A stretch of 50,308 nucleotides of DNA from Campylobacterota bacterium (GCA_034661055.1 JAYEKO010000035.1:1-50308); one strand, 5' to 3'. Counted from the stretch's first letter, positions 10,465-20,341 are shown. Notes: a model not told the origin generated them from the letters alone. Made by a program: numbers and translations.

Positions 10465-10512
10465 TAATGGCGTTCCTTTTAAAATATAATAATCATTATA
10501 TAGAATATATAA

Positions 10513-11646
10513 TTAACGTACCTTTAAAAATTGGTCCATATTTGCACGACTCCAAGTCTTACTTTTTATAAAGTGACTCTGTGCACTATCTAGAACTTTT
10601 TTGAAGTCACTGCTTTGTTCACTTAGAGTAGTTAACACATCATTTAAAGCACTTTTTGCAGCAACAATTACATCATCTGGATACTGAGAAAGTGTAACAT
10701 TAAGAGCTTCAAGTTTTTCCATGGCATTAGCATTTTCATACTGAAATTCATAGGTCATCTGTGAGTTTAACTGAGCTGCGGCCATCTCAATAATTGCTTT
10801 ATGCTCACTAGAGAGATTACTAAAAGAGTGTTTATTAAATGTGAGCTCTAAAATTGACCCCGGTTCATGCCAACCTGCATAGTAATATGGTGCTACTTTA
10901 TAAAATCCCATCTTAATGTCAAGAGCTGGTCCAACCCACTCAGTGGCATCAATAACACCACGCTCCAATGAGGTATAGATTTCACCGGCAGGCAGAAGAA
11001 TTGGATTGACTCCTAGTTTAGCAAACACCTCTCCTGCAAGTCCAGGTACACGCATTTTTAAACCTTTCATATCCGCGAGTGATTCAATAGGTTTACGATA
11101 CCACCCACCCATCTGAATATTGGTGTTTCCGCCCAAAAAAGGGTAGAGGTTGTATTTTGCATACATATTACGCCAAATATTAAGTCCATCGCCGTAAAGC
11201 ATCCATGCATTAATCTCCTCTGCAGTAAATCCAAATGGAAAACCGCTAAAAAGAGAGAAAGCGCTGTTTTTCCCTTTCCAGTAATAGGGACCTGAATGAA
11301 AAATGTCTATCTCGCCACTGCTAGCAGCATCAAACACAGCAAGGGCAGGAACTAGTGTGTTTTTTGGATAGAGTTTAATCTCTAACGAGCCTCCGCTAGC
11401 ACGTCGTACATTCTCAACAAAAGTCTCTACACCTGTTCCCATAATTGGAAAATGGGCCGGCCAACTAGTTGCAAGTTTTAGGGTTACTTTTTTATTTCTG
11501 TTGACATTTACTGACTCATAATCTTTTGAATGCTTTTTAGGATGCTTGGAGTAATCAATTGCTACATGACCACCTTCATTACAGCCATTTAAAAGCAATC
11601 CCGAACCTGCTGCTGCTGAGGTTTTAAAAAATGTTCTTCTGTCCAC
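10513..11646 (-). CDS. TRAP transporter substrate-binding protein (DctP/TakP-like) with Tat signal
   Basis: MDRRTFFK twin-arginine signal; QMGGWYRKPI, GLKMRVPG, EIYTSLERGVIDATEWVGP, GWHEPG. Confidence 0.92.
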   Translation of the reverse strand: MDRRTFFKTSAAAGSGLLLNGCNEGGHVAIDYSKHPKKHSKDYESVNVNRNKKVTLKLATSWPAHFPIMGTGVETFVENVRRASGGSLEIKLYPKNTLVPALAVFDAASSGEIDIFHSGPYYWKGKNSAFSLFSGFPFGFTAEEINAWMLYGDGLNIWRNMYAKYNLYPFLGGNTNIQMGGWYRKPIESLADMKGLKMRVPGLAGEVFAKLGVNPILLPAGEIYTSLERGVIDATEWVGPALDIKMGFYKVAPYYYAGWHEPGSILELTFNKHSFSNLSSEHKAIIEMAAAQLNSQMTYEFQYENANAMEKLEALNVTLSQYPDDVIVAAKSALNDVLTTLSEQSSDFKKVLDSAQSHFIKSKTWSRANMDQFLKVR

Positions 11647-11656
11647 TAAAAACTCC

Positions 11657-12664
11657 TTATAGACTAAATGTCAACTGTTGTGTCTCTTTTGCGTCATTAA
11701 ACCGCTCTTTTAATGAGCTATCATGCAAGAGCAGCATAAAATTATATTGCTTCTGTTTTAATATTGTCATTATATCAGCAGGACTCTCAAAAGTCTTATA
11801 GCTAATATTATCATATTTCTTAATATTAAACTCCAGAGGTGTTAAAACTAAAATAGTTGACCATGCTGCTTTGTCTCTCAAAAAGTCAACAGCCTCACAA
11901 AACAGGGCTTCATTACTCTCTAAAATAAGAACATTTTCACTGCTTCCATACTCTTTAATGACTAGTGCTCTATTTAAAAATAGAGGCTCAAAGTGATTAA
12001 GTTGCGCCACTTTTGTAATGCAGAACTCTAAGTTATTGAACTGAAAAAAGTCTAAAGATGTCTGTAGGTAGGGCAGAAGTAACGGTGAAACTCTAAGATT
12101 CTCATAATAGCTATTATTAATAAGAAGAGAGCTTTGAAACAGAAGCATCTCCTTGGGTTTAATCGTTACTTTATTTGCAGCAGTGAAGTTTTTACATGTA
12201 GAATAAAGAGTTCTATCTACAAGAGAGTCATCAATAAGTAAAATAGAACCTAGTGAGAGCTTTTTTATTGTTGAATAAACAGTCTGAAGTGATGCATCTG
12301 TTATTACATGTAATTTTGTATCTTGATGAATAGTTTTTACAATATTAACACTAATACGGTTCATTGAAAAGATATTTACATGTAATTCTAAAAGTAGGTG
12401 ACGTAGAATGCGTTTTACTGCACTGTGAACACAATCAACTTTAATCCAGGCAATCTCGCTGTCACTTACTTCAATGTCAAAATCATAGAGTAGGGCATAG
12501 GCACCATTATTTATGGCTTCTTTAACGCTATTGGCATCTGAAGCTACAAAAAGATCTCCGCGCCGGACATTATTACAATCAAAGGCAATCTCATAACAGT
12601 CTCTTACATTAGGAATATTTTGTAACTCTGCAAATGTTAAAGAGACGAGATTATCTATAAGCAT
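11657..12664 (-). CDS. Conserved hypothetical protein with Mur-ligase-like N-terminal domain
   Basis: IAFDCNNVRRGDLFVA...AINNGAYALL...WIKVD resembles the MurE/MurF N-domain; no GTNGKT P-loop. Confidence 0.6.
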   Translation of the reverse strand: MLIDNLVSLTFAELQNIPNVRDCYEIAFDCNNVRRGDLFVASDANSVKEAINNGAYALLYDFDIEVSDSEIAWIKVDCVHSAVKRILRHLLLELHVNIFSMNRISVNIVKTIHQDTKLHVITDASLQTVYSTIKKLSLGSILLIDDSLVDRTLYSTCKNFTAANKVTIKPKEMLLFQSSLLINNSYYENLRVSPLLLPYLQTSLDFFQFNNLEFCITKVAQLNHFEPLFLNRALVIKEYGSSENVLILESNEALFCEAVDFLRDKAAWSTILVLTPLEFNIKKYDNISYKTFESPADIMTILKQKQYNFMLLLHDSSLKERFNDAKETQQLTFSL

Positions 12665-12672
12665 TGACTGGC

Positions 12673-14583
12673 TTAGCCGATTGAAGTGCCGGCTTTTTTA
12701 GGCTTTTCAGGGCGAACTAGAGCTAGACCATCTTCATCTTTAGCAGCTAAAAGCATTCCTTCAGATAGCATACCCATAAGCTTGGCAGGTTTTAAGTTTG
12801 CTACCACGCACACTTGAGTATTAAGAAGTGATTGTGCACTATAGAACTCTTTAATCCCTGCAACAACTTGACGAGGAGATGCTTCGCCTACATCAACTTG
12901 AAGTTTAAGAAGCTTTTTGCTTTTAGGAACTTCCTCAGCTTCTACCACCGTACCTACTCGCAGTGATGTCTCAAAGAACTGGTCAATAGTAATAAGGTTA
13001 TCCACCTCTTTTTTAATATCCGCCTCTACCATCGCTTTAGGAGCTTCAGGCATTAGCGGCTCATCAACACGAGGAAAGAGCGGTGGGACTTTTTTAATAG
13101 TAAAAGGAGCTAAAAGATCTTTATCTTTAATGAGAGCTCTGTATGACTCTGTTTTTATCTCAAATCCAAGAGCATCCGCAATGGTGTTGGTAGTGTTTGG
13201 CATTACAGCATGAAGAAGCACAGAAGCTTTTGCTAAAATATTGGCAATGAGTGCTACAGTGGCGAGTGCCTCATCAGTCTTCTCTTCTTTCATTTTTACC
13301 CAAGGTGCATGCTCTTCAATAGCACGATTACCAATACTAAAGAGTTTCCATAAGTCTTCTAAGTAGCGGTGAAACTGTAGATTGTCAATATAGCTCTCAA
13401 CACTATCTAGGACCTCATTCATAGCTGCAATCTCTTTTGCGTGGTAACTACTGACATCTTTAGAGTCAATATGAAAATCGGAATATTTACCACTCATGCC
13501 AATAATTCTATTAAGTAGGTTTCCAAGGTCATTACTTAGGTCTGAATTAATACGATCAATAAAAGCCCGCTGTGAAAAGTCACCATCTTGACCAAATGGA
13601 ACTTCACGAAGCATAAAGTAACGGAAATTCTCAAGTCCATAATTCTCAGCAACTTCACTAGGAAAAACAACATTTCCTTTTGACTTACTCATCTTTTCAC
13701 CATCTCGTGTCCACCAACCGTGCGCCCCAATGTGACGTGGAAGCGGAAGCTCTAGGCTCATTAAAAATGCCGGCCAATAGATGGCATGAAAACGTAAAAT
13801 ATCTTTACCTACAAGATGCATTGTAGCCGGCCAAAATTTCTGCATTTTCTCATCATTACCACCGTACCCTAATGCTGTAACATAGTTAAGTAAAGCATCT
13901 AACCAGACATACATAACATGCTTGTCATCATTCATACTATCTGGAAGCTTTACTCCCCAAGTAAAACTAGTTCGTGTTACAGAGAGGTCGTTTAAGCCAC
14001 CCTTTACAAAGTTAATCACCTCATTTTTACGAGAACGTGGTAAAATAAAATCATCATGCGATTCATAATAGTCTAGTAACTTCTGTTCATAATTGGAGAG
14101 TCTAAAGAAGTAGCTCTCCTCTTTAACAACACTAGTAGTTCTTCCACAATCAGGGCAAAACTCACCATCAATTAGTTGTGTTTCTGGAAAAAATGTCTCA
14201 CAGCTTACACAGTAGTGACCTTCATAAAAATCCTTATAGATATCACCTTTGTCAAACATTTTTGCAAATGCTCTCTGCGCTAAGAGTTTATGATCATCAT
14301 CTGTAGTGCGTATAAAATAGTCGTAGCTAATACCAAACTCATCCCAAAGATTTTTAAAAGTTGCACTTATCTCATCAGCAAACTCTTTAGTTAACCTCCC
14401 ATTACGCTTTGCAGACTCCTCTATTTTTTGACCATGCTCATCTGTTCCAGTCAAAAAATAGGTTTCATTTCCAATTAAACGGTTATATCGTGCCAATGTA
14501 TCGGCAATAAAAGTGGTATAGGCATGTCCAATATGGGCTTCACCATTGACATAATAGATAGGTGTTGTAATGTAATAACTCAT
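12673..14583 (-). CDS. metG: Methionine--tRNA ligase with C-terminal tRNA-binding OB fold
   Basis: YITTPIYYVN, HIGH, GTDEHG, YVWLDAL, GKDILRFH, KMSKS. Confidence 0.98.
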   Translation of the reverse strand: MSYYITTPIYYVNGEAHIGHAYTTFIADTLARYNRLIGNETYFLTGTDEHGQKIEESAKRNGRLTKEFADEISATFKNLWDEFGISYDYFIRTTDDDHKLLAQRAFAKMFDKGDIYKDFYEGHYCVSCETFFPETQLIDGEFCPDCGRTTSVVKEESYFFRLSNYEQKLLDYYESHDDFILPRSRKNEVINFVKGGLNDLSVTRTSFTWGVKLPDSMNDDKHVMYVWLDALLNYVTALGYGGNDEKMQKFWPATMHLVGKDILRFHAIYWPAFLMSLELPLPRHIGAHGWWTRDGEKMSKSKGNVVFPSEVAENYGLENFRYFMLREVPFGQDGDFSQRAFIDRINSDLSNDLGNLLNRIIGMSGKYSDFHIDSKDVSSYHAKEIAAMNEVLDSVESYIDNLQFHRYLEDLWKLFSIGNRAIEEHAPWVKMKEEKTDEALATVALIANILAKASVLLHAVMPNTTNTIADALGFEIKTESYRALIKDKDLLAPFTIKKVPPLFPRVDEPLMPEAPKAMVEADIKKEVDNLITIDQFFETSLRVGTVVEAEEVPKSKKLLKLQVDVGEASPRQVVAGIKEFYSAQSLLNTQVCVVANLKPAKLMGMLSEGMLLAAKDEDGLALVRPEKPKKAGTSIG

Positions 14584-14623
14584 TATATTTTATCCTTAAA
14601 AATTTACTTATTAATCGATACTA

Positions 14624-14821
14624 TTAAAATTCAAATCCACCAGTATCTCCTTTGGACATACTTTCATAGACAGACTTCACATAGGTTTGACGAAGTTCAC
14701 ACTCTAAGTACTGCTCACATAGCGAACATGACTCAAGCTTATGTTCATCTTGACACGCTTTTAGTTTAAGAAGCATTTCATCAAGTTTTGTTTCATAAGA
14801 GCTACTGTTTTGAGTAGGCAT
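14624..14821 (-). CDS. Small four-cysteine conserved hypothetical protein
   Basis: 65 aa, C-x8-CxxC-x5-C, ends GGFEF; co-oriented between fbp and metG. Confidence 0.75.
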   Translation of the reverse strand: MPTQNSSSYETKLDEMLLKLKACQDEHKLESCSLCEQYLECELRQTYVKSVYESMSKGDTGGFEF

Positions 14822-15641
14822 CTAATACTCGAGCTATCTCATATGAGGAGCCAAAAAAGCAGGGTGATGTATCATGAATATGTGATGCAGAGAGCTCTAA
14901 AAGTCTCTGCGTTCCATTAACTCCCTGACCACCAGCTTTTTCAAAAACAAATGCAAATGGAAAGACCTCAAAGAGCATTCGTAATTTTCCTTCAGGTTTA
15001 TCTGAGGTTCCAGGGTAAGAGAAGAGTCCTCCTCCTTTTAAAAGAATCTGATGCAGATCTGGTACCATACCTCCAGAGTAGCGTAGGCGATAGCCATCTG
15101 CAAAAAGTCCATCTATCATTGCTTTGTGGTACGGTTCCCAGTTCTGCTGTGTCCCGCCGGGAGCATTTAACTTGCCTTTATCGTTGAGACGTATCTCTTT
15201 AACAAACTCCCAGTTTTCACCTTGGAGGAGATAAAGTTTTGTCTTATTGTGTGCAAAAACCATCTCAACTCTAGGACCAAAGACAACATAACAAGATGCC
15301 ACTAAATTAACTCCGTCAAAGCTTTTTTCATAAATACCATAGATAGACCCGACACTTAGGTTGACATCAACAAGTGAAGAACCATCCAATGGATCATAAG
15401 CAATGAAGTATTGTCCCTCTTTATGAAGCATGACCGCTTCTTCCTTCTCTTCACTGGCAATGGTATGAATTGACTTAACATTTGAAAACTCTTCTTCAAT
15501 GATTAGATCACACTGAATATCAAGTTGCAGTTGTGTCTCACCCGAACTGTTTTGCTCTTGCGAATAACCAATGTCTTTAACATCAATTGCTTTTTTTATA
15601 CGTAATGAACTACGCTGTATAGCTTCAAAAATTTCAGTCAT
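14802..15641 (-). CDS. fbp: Fructose-1,6-bisphosphatase class 1
   Basis: [29 protein letters not shown] 15641 coupled to the mobB stop. Confidence 0.96.
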   Translation of the reverse strand: MTEIFEAIQRSSLRIKKAIDVKDIGYSQEQNSSGETQLQLDIQCDLIIEEEFSNVKSIHTIASEEKEEAVMLHKEGQYFIAYDPLDGSSLVDVNLSVGSIYGIYEKSFDGVNLVASCYVVFGPRVEMVFAHNKTKLYLLQGENWEFVKEIRLNDKGKLNAPGGTQQNWEPYHKAMIDGLFADGYRLRYSGGMVPDLHQILLKGGGLFSYPGTSDKPEGKLRMLFEVFPFAFVFEKAGGQGVNGTQRLLELSASHIHDTSPCFFGSSYEIARVLDAYSKQ

Positions 15642-16144
15642 TATACTGCCTTTGCATGGGTTAAGATCCACTCAACAACTTGTTGAGGATCATTTAAATC
15701 TAAAATATCTACATCAGTTGGAATTGCATATTCTTCGCAGTTAATACTGTCATCAACTGCTAGTGCGTTCATATAAGGAAAATACTCTTCATCAATTTTT
15801 TCTCTAAAAATACTAATACGGGGAAGTGGTAGATTTTTAAGACCTTCCACCAACACAATATCAAACTCTCCAAAAAGTTCCACAATCTCATCAAGTTCTT
15901 TGTGACGCTGAGAGAAGAGGGTGGTTCGAGTTGGTGATGTCACCACTACTTCAGCACCTGTGTCTGAAAACTTGTAGCTGTCTTTACCAGGGACATCAAA
16001 TTTTGCTTTATCTTTTGGATCATTCTTAACAATAGCTACTTTTAGATCTTTTTCGTGAATTAGTTTACGTGCTACTTTTAAAATAAGTGTTGTTTTACCA
16101 CTATTAGAGGGTCCTGTAAAAGCAACAGCGAGACGTTTTTTCAA
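15641..16144 (-). CDS. mobB: Molybdopterin-guanine dinucleotide biosynthesis protein B
   Basis: [25 protein letters not shown]. Confidence 0.93.
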   Translation of the reverse strand: MKKRLAVAFTGPSNSGKTTLILKVARKLIHEKDLKVAIVKNDPKDKAKFDVPGKDSYKFSDTGAEVVVTSPTRTTLFSQRHKELDEIVELFGEFDIVLVEGLKNLPLPRISIFREKIDEEYFPYMNALAVDDSINCEEYAIPTDVDILDLNDPQQVVEWILTHAKAV

Positions 16145-16240
16145 ATCATATTTCCTACATGTAAATTAAGAAGTGATTATATAGAAACTATCATTAAAAA
16201 AATGTTATGCTATCATTAATAATAAATATGAGGTACATTA

Positions 16241-16750
16241 ATGAGACTACTATTACTTGCAGCATCAGCGTTTTTACTTTTTACAGGATGTTCTAAAACA
16301 ACAGCGTTTGATTTTTTTAAAATGGATAAAAACTATGAAAAAGCAATCTCTAACTTACAGTCTGGAACTATAGTTAAGTCATTTGAGACTGAAGCCATTC
16401 TCTCAAGTGTCTATTTAAACGAGGTGTATCCTAAAGAGTATAGTGATGGTGAGTATTTTTTTATTGCACTCTACCTTTCTGATGATAAACGGCTTTTTTT
16501 TAAATCAGGTTTAGCCGATCCTGATTATATTTTAACACTTAATACGCTTAACTTTATAGATGGAGAAGAGCTTCAAAGCGATCATAAACTACGTGCTTTG
16601 ATGCCAATTAACAACGAGTGGAATAGATATTACTTAATTAAGTTTGATTCCCAAAACAGAGATAATCTCTTATTGCAACTAGAGAATAAGCATCTGGATA
16701 AAATCGAACTTCACTACTTAAAAGATAGTGCTATTGCTAAGAAGCAATAG
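16241..16750 (+). CDS. Hypothetical lipoprotein
   Basis: RBS GAGG, lipobox FTGC, extended -10 TGcTATCAT upstream. Confidence 0.8.
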   Translation: MRLLLLAASAFLLFTGCSKTTAFDFFKMDKNYEKAISNLQSGTIVKSFETEAILSSVYLNEVYPKEYSDGEYFFIALYLSDDKRLFFKSGLADPDYILTLNTLNFIDGEELQSDHKLRALMPINNEWNRYYLIKFDSQNRDNLLLQLENKHLDKIELHYLKDSAIAKKQ

Positions 16751-17018
16751 CGCTTAAGAAGTTAACAAACAGTACATCAATAACCTGAAGACCAATAATA
16801 ATAATCAGTGGTGTTAAATCAACACCATTAAATGTTGTGGGGATATATCGATTTACCAGTTTATATGCTGGTTCCGTTAAACGATATAGCACTTGGACAA
16901 TAGGGTTATTTGGATCAGGACGAACCCATGAAAGTAGAGCAGCAATAATAACCACCCAAATATAGACATTAATTAGTGAATGGACTAAACCACCAAGACC
17001 TAAGACAACTCCGCTCAT
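16737..17018 (-). CDS. yggT: YggT family membrane protein
   Basis: ALLSWVRPDPNNPIVQVLYRLTEP...GVDLTPLI. Confidence 0.93.
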   Translation of the reverse strand: MSGVVLGLGGLVHSLINVYIWVVIIAALLSWVRPDPNNPIVQVLYRLTEPAYKLVNRYIPTTFNGVDLTPLIIIIGLQVIDVLFVNFLSAIAS

Positions 17019-18313
17019 TTTACAACCTCCGCTAAATAATTTTTAAGATGTTTATAGATATTTGCAATCTCAGGTCCATCTTGTGTCCCTGTTAAAACAA
17101 GATATAGTGATTTAAGATACAACGTATCCTTTAAACCGCTGACGTTTTTTATATGTTTTTCAAAGTCACCGTACTCATCAAAGTAGGGTGCCTCTTTAAT
17201 AGCGCAACGAAGTGTATCAACACTCTCTTCATACACCTCTGGAATCTCTTTAGGCGCAAATATGGGCTCAATCTTTGAACGTAGTTCCTTTAGTGTTCCC
17301 ACCTCTTCTAAATAGATTTTTGCTAATGCACCTATGTCATCATCTGCAAAACCGACATAACGTGACAGCTCTTTAGCATCAAGACGTTTCAGGTGCTCTC
17401 GATTAATCCACCTAAGTTTTTCAATATCAAAATGCGCTGGAGACTTTGAAATAGACTCCAGCTTAAACCAATCAACAGCCTCTTTTAGTGTAAAAACCTC
17501 AGTAGGAGTTTTATTACCAATTAAAATAAGGTAGTTGCTAATAGCTTCTGGTAAATACCCCTCTTCTAAAAGCCACTTAACATTTGAGGTATTATCCTGT
17601 TCCTCTATTTTTTTACCCTCACTGTTTAGCATGATTGGCAAATGAGCATATTGAACGTCTTTATCATAACCTAGAGCATTACGAATAGCAATTTGTCTAG
17701 GTGTATCATCTATATAATCTGCACTTCGAATAACCAAAGAGATATCACTAATCATATCATCAACAGCAGAGGCAAAATTGTGAGTTGGATATTTATTTTG
17801 ACTCATAATAATAAAACTATCGACATCAAAAGTTGAAAACGTAGTCTCGCCCTGAACTTTATCAACTACAGTAATCTCTTTTTCAGGTCTACGTAACCTA
17901 ATGGTAAAAGGATTCATATTGTCTATGGTCTCTTCTGCCCTTAAATAAGTACACGTGTCATCGTAGTGATATGCTTCACTGTTTTTCTTGGCGACTTCAC
18001 GCTTAGCATCAAGTTCAGCAGGAGTACAAAAACAGCTAAATGCACGTTTGTCATGCAGAAGTTGAAGCGCCATAGTTCTATGATATTTAAGATGATTACT
18101 TTGATGAATAACATCTCTGTACTCAATGTTAAAAAGGGAAAGAAGCCCTATGAGTTCTTTGTCTTTTCCTTCAATATTGTTCTCTTGATCACCATCTTCT
18201 ATACGTACAATAAGAGGTTCATCTCTTTGAATAGAAATTATTGCGTTAAAAAGAGCAATACGAAGAGTTTCTATATGCATATCTCCCGTTGGACTAGGTG
18301 CAAAACGTAGCAT
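17015..18313 (-). CDS. gltX2: Glutamate--tRNA ligase 2 (GluRS2)-like protein with degenerate catalytic motifs
   Basis: MLRFAPSPTGDMH start with AGGA RBS 6 nt upstream (track start 18517 is too long); VKWLLEEGYLPEAISNYL, LTGTQDGPE; next to yggT. Confidence 0.88.
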   Translation of the reverse strand: MLRFAPSPTGDMHIETLRIALFNAIISIQRDEPLIVRIEDGDQENNIEGKDKELIGLLSLFNIEYRDVIHQSNHLKYHRTMALQLLHDKRAFSCFCTPAELDAKREVAKKNSEAYHYDDTCTYLRAEETIDNMNPFTIRLRRPEKEITVVDKVQGETTFSTFDVDSFIIMSQNKYPTHNFASAVDDMISDISLVIRSADYIDDTPRQIAIRNALGYDKDVQYAHLPIMLNSEGKKIEEQDNTSNVKWLLEEGYLPEAISNYLILIGNKTPTEVFTLKEAVDWFKLESISKSPAHFDIEKLRWINREHLKRLDAKELSRYVGFADDDIGALAKIYLEEVGTLKELRSKIEPIFAPKEIPEVYEESVDTLRCAIKEAPYFDEYGDFEKHIKNVSGLKDTLYLKSLYLVLTGTQDGPEIANIYKHLKNYLAEVVK

Positions 18314-18454
18314 TAACATTCCTATAATATTTTTTGTAATAATACCAAAGTTTTGGTCGATTTCAATGATGATGAAGTTTAATTTATGCTTCTGGACTAC
18401 GTAATGACGAGCCAATACAGAGCAAAAACATATGAAATCTTCTAATATAATCTG

Positions 18455-18488
18455 AATTAACACAAATCTCTCTTCAGTGAACACACAT
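18455..18488 (+). promoter_or_regulatory. Candidate LytTR-type direct repeat upstream of the YeeE gene
   Basis: AATTAACACAAAT (18455) and AGTGAACACACAT (18476): 10/13 identical, 21-bp period. Confidence 0.3.
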
Positions 18489-18591
18489 ACATCTACATAA
18501 AAACTAATATATATCATAAACTATCATTATCTTTAAAGTACTGATACATAGACAGTATAAAAGATCTAAAATAAAATTCAGGAGAAAAATC

Positions 18592-20334
18592 ATGAATAAA
18601 TATTTGACAAAACAGTGGTCCTTTATGTGGGCTGGTTTAATCTTTGGTATAGCACAGATCATCTATATGATTGGTAACTTTGCAGCATCTTGGTCACATG
18701 GTAAAGAGGCTTTAGTTAAACCAATTACGGTTACCACTGACCTTGGTAAGATGTTTCGTGGTATGGAAGTATGGGTATGTAAAACTTTAGGTATTGCAGA
18801 TACACAAATATATGGACATTCAGTTGCATTAGCAAGTGGGGAGTGGGTACCAACAGCAACAGGTGCATTTTATCCAGGTGTTGGCTGGCCAATTGTTGGT
18901 ATGATGATTGGAGGATTGATTGTTGCGCTACTTGAGAAAGAAAATCGAGGATGGGCAAAATATGACTTACAGGTGCTACTTATAGCATTTATTGGTGGTG
19001 CATTCTTCTCATATGGCACAAGACTAGCAGGTGGATGTACATTAAATCACCTTCTAGGTGGTATCCCAATGATGAGTATCCACTCGTTGGTTGCAGTTCT
19101 GTTTATGTCAATAGGTGGTCTCACAGGTTTCTTTGTTATGGGACTTATGGATAAAGCAAAATATTTTAAACATCAAGAAACATTTGAGTATGCAAAAGAG
19201 TCATATGACAAGGGTGATATGAATGACTGCGTTTGTTATGATCCTAGTTACAATCCAAAGACAGACATAGTTCGTTGGTTTGGTATTGCTTTTTCTATTA
19301 TCTTCTTTGGTGTAGGTATCGTTGGTGGTCTTGTTAATCCTGAAACTCTTATGCATGTTAAAGATGCAGCAGCGCTTGAAGGGTATGATAGTATCGCTCA
19401 GGCGACAGGAGCATTTGCAGATTTTAATAAATCACTTGACCATAAAGGTTTCTGGTACTTTTTACTTACAGTGGGTGCGGGTATCCTTGGTGGGTTTGCT
19501 ATGGCTAAATCTGGTTTTGGTACTGAATGTGGTCTTTTAACTGCAGAAGCACACCACTTTACAACTAAAAATGAGACGGTAATGGATCGTTTTAAAATGC
19601 CAAATATTACTAAAACACTATTTAGAGGCATGATGCCGCTCATTGGTATTTCTGCTATGTGGGTACTTGTAATGGTATTTGTCATCATAACATGGGGATT
19701 TTTAGGATATGAACACGGTTTTACTAACAGCATTAAGTACGCATTGACAGCAGGCGTGCCAATAGGTGGTTTTTTTCTTGGAGTGGGTGCCGTGCTTATG
19801 ATTGGTTGTGAAATTCGTTCATATATGCGTATAGGCCTTGGTTATACAAATACATTTATAAGTTTTGCTGGTTTCGCTGTTGGTTACTTACCATTTACAC
19901 TATTCTATAAAGAGCATATGAATTTTTACTATGATACAGATGTTTTGGGTACACATAAAGTATTGACAGATGTTACAGGAAATGTATTGTACGACTCAAA
20001 AGGTGTCTATCAAGTAGCTCTAAACAACGATCTTTACTTCTTACCACAGTTATTTAGTGATAATCACTGGTTGCAAGTAGGTATTGCATTTATCTGGTTA
20101 TTCATGCTTTACAAACTATTCCGTTGGGCATTGAAAAAAGGTGTACGTGCACTTGGTACGACACCTGATGTACTAATGCATAAAAACACAGAGGATGTTC
20201 ACCGTATTACTTGGAGAAATGAGCCGTTTGAAGATACCATTGAGCATTTAGGATTGGATGAATATCGTCACAAGTCAAAACTTGATATCTGGATGAATAA
20301 TACATTTGGTGTTAAAAACAGAGTCTTAAAATAG
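18592..20334 (+). CDS. YeeE/YedE family sulfur-compound transporter (two modules, permuted order)
   Basis: GGAFFSYGTRLAGGC and GGFFLGVGAVLMIGC..YMRIGLG; many Gly-rich TM helices; AGGAG RBS. Confidence 0.85.
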   Translation: MNKYLTKQWSFMWAGLIFGIAQIIYMIGNFAASWSHGKEALVKPITVTTDLGKMFRGMEVWVCKTLGIADTQIYGHSVALASGEWVPTATGAFYPGVGWPIVGMMIGGLIVALLEKENRGWAKYDLQVLLIAFIGGAFFSYGTRLAGGCTLNHLLGGIPMMSIHSLVAVLFMSIGGLTGFFVMGLMDKAKYFKHQETFEYAKESYDKGDMNDCVCYDPSYNPKTDIVRWFGIAFSIIFFGVGIVGGLVNPETLMHVKDAAALEGYDSIAQATGAFADFNKSLDHKGFWYFLLTVGAGILGGFAMAKSGFGTECGLLTAEAHHFTTKNETVMDRFKMPNITKTLFRGMMPLIGISAMWVLVMVFVIITWGFLGYEHGFTNSIKYALTAGVPIGGFFLGVGAVLMIGCEIRSYMRIGLGYTNTFISFAGFAVGYLPFTLFYKEHMNFYYDTDVLGTHKVLTDVTGNVLYDSKGVYQVALNNDLYFLPQLFSDNHWLQVGIAFIWLFMLYKLFRWALKKGVRALGTTPDVLMHKNTEDVHRITWRNEPFEDTIEHLGLDEYRHKSKLDIWMNNTFGVKNRVLK

Positions 20335-20341
20335 TGGTAAG

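Noticed and set aside
18320..18450. att-like duplication of the tRNA-Glu 3' end at the far side of the YeeE islet
   Set aside because: No match to the tRNA 3' sequence was found
18314..18517. 68-codon N-terminal extension of gltX2 in the ORF track
   Set aside because: GluRS2 begins at MLRFAPSPTG, which has an RBS; the extension covers the divergent promoter region
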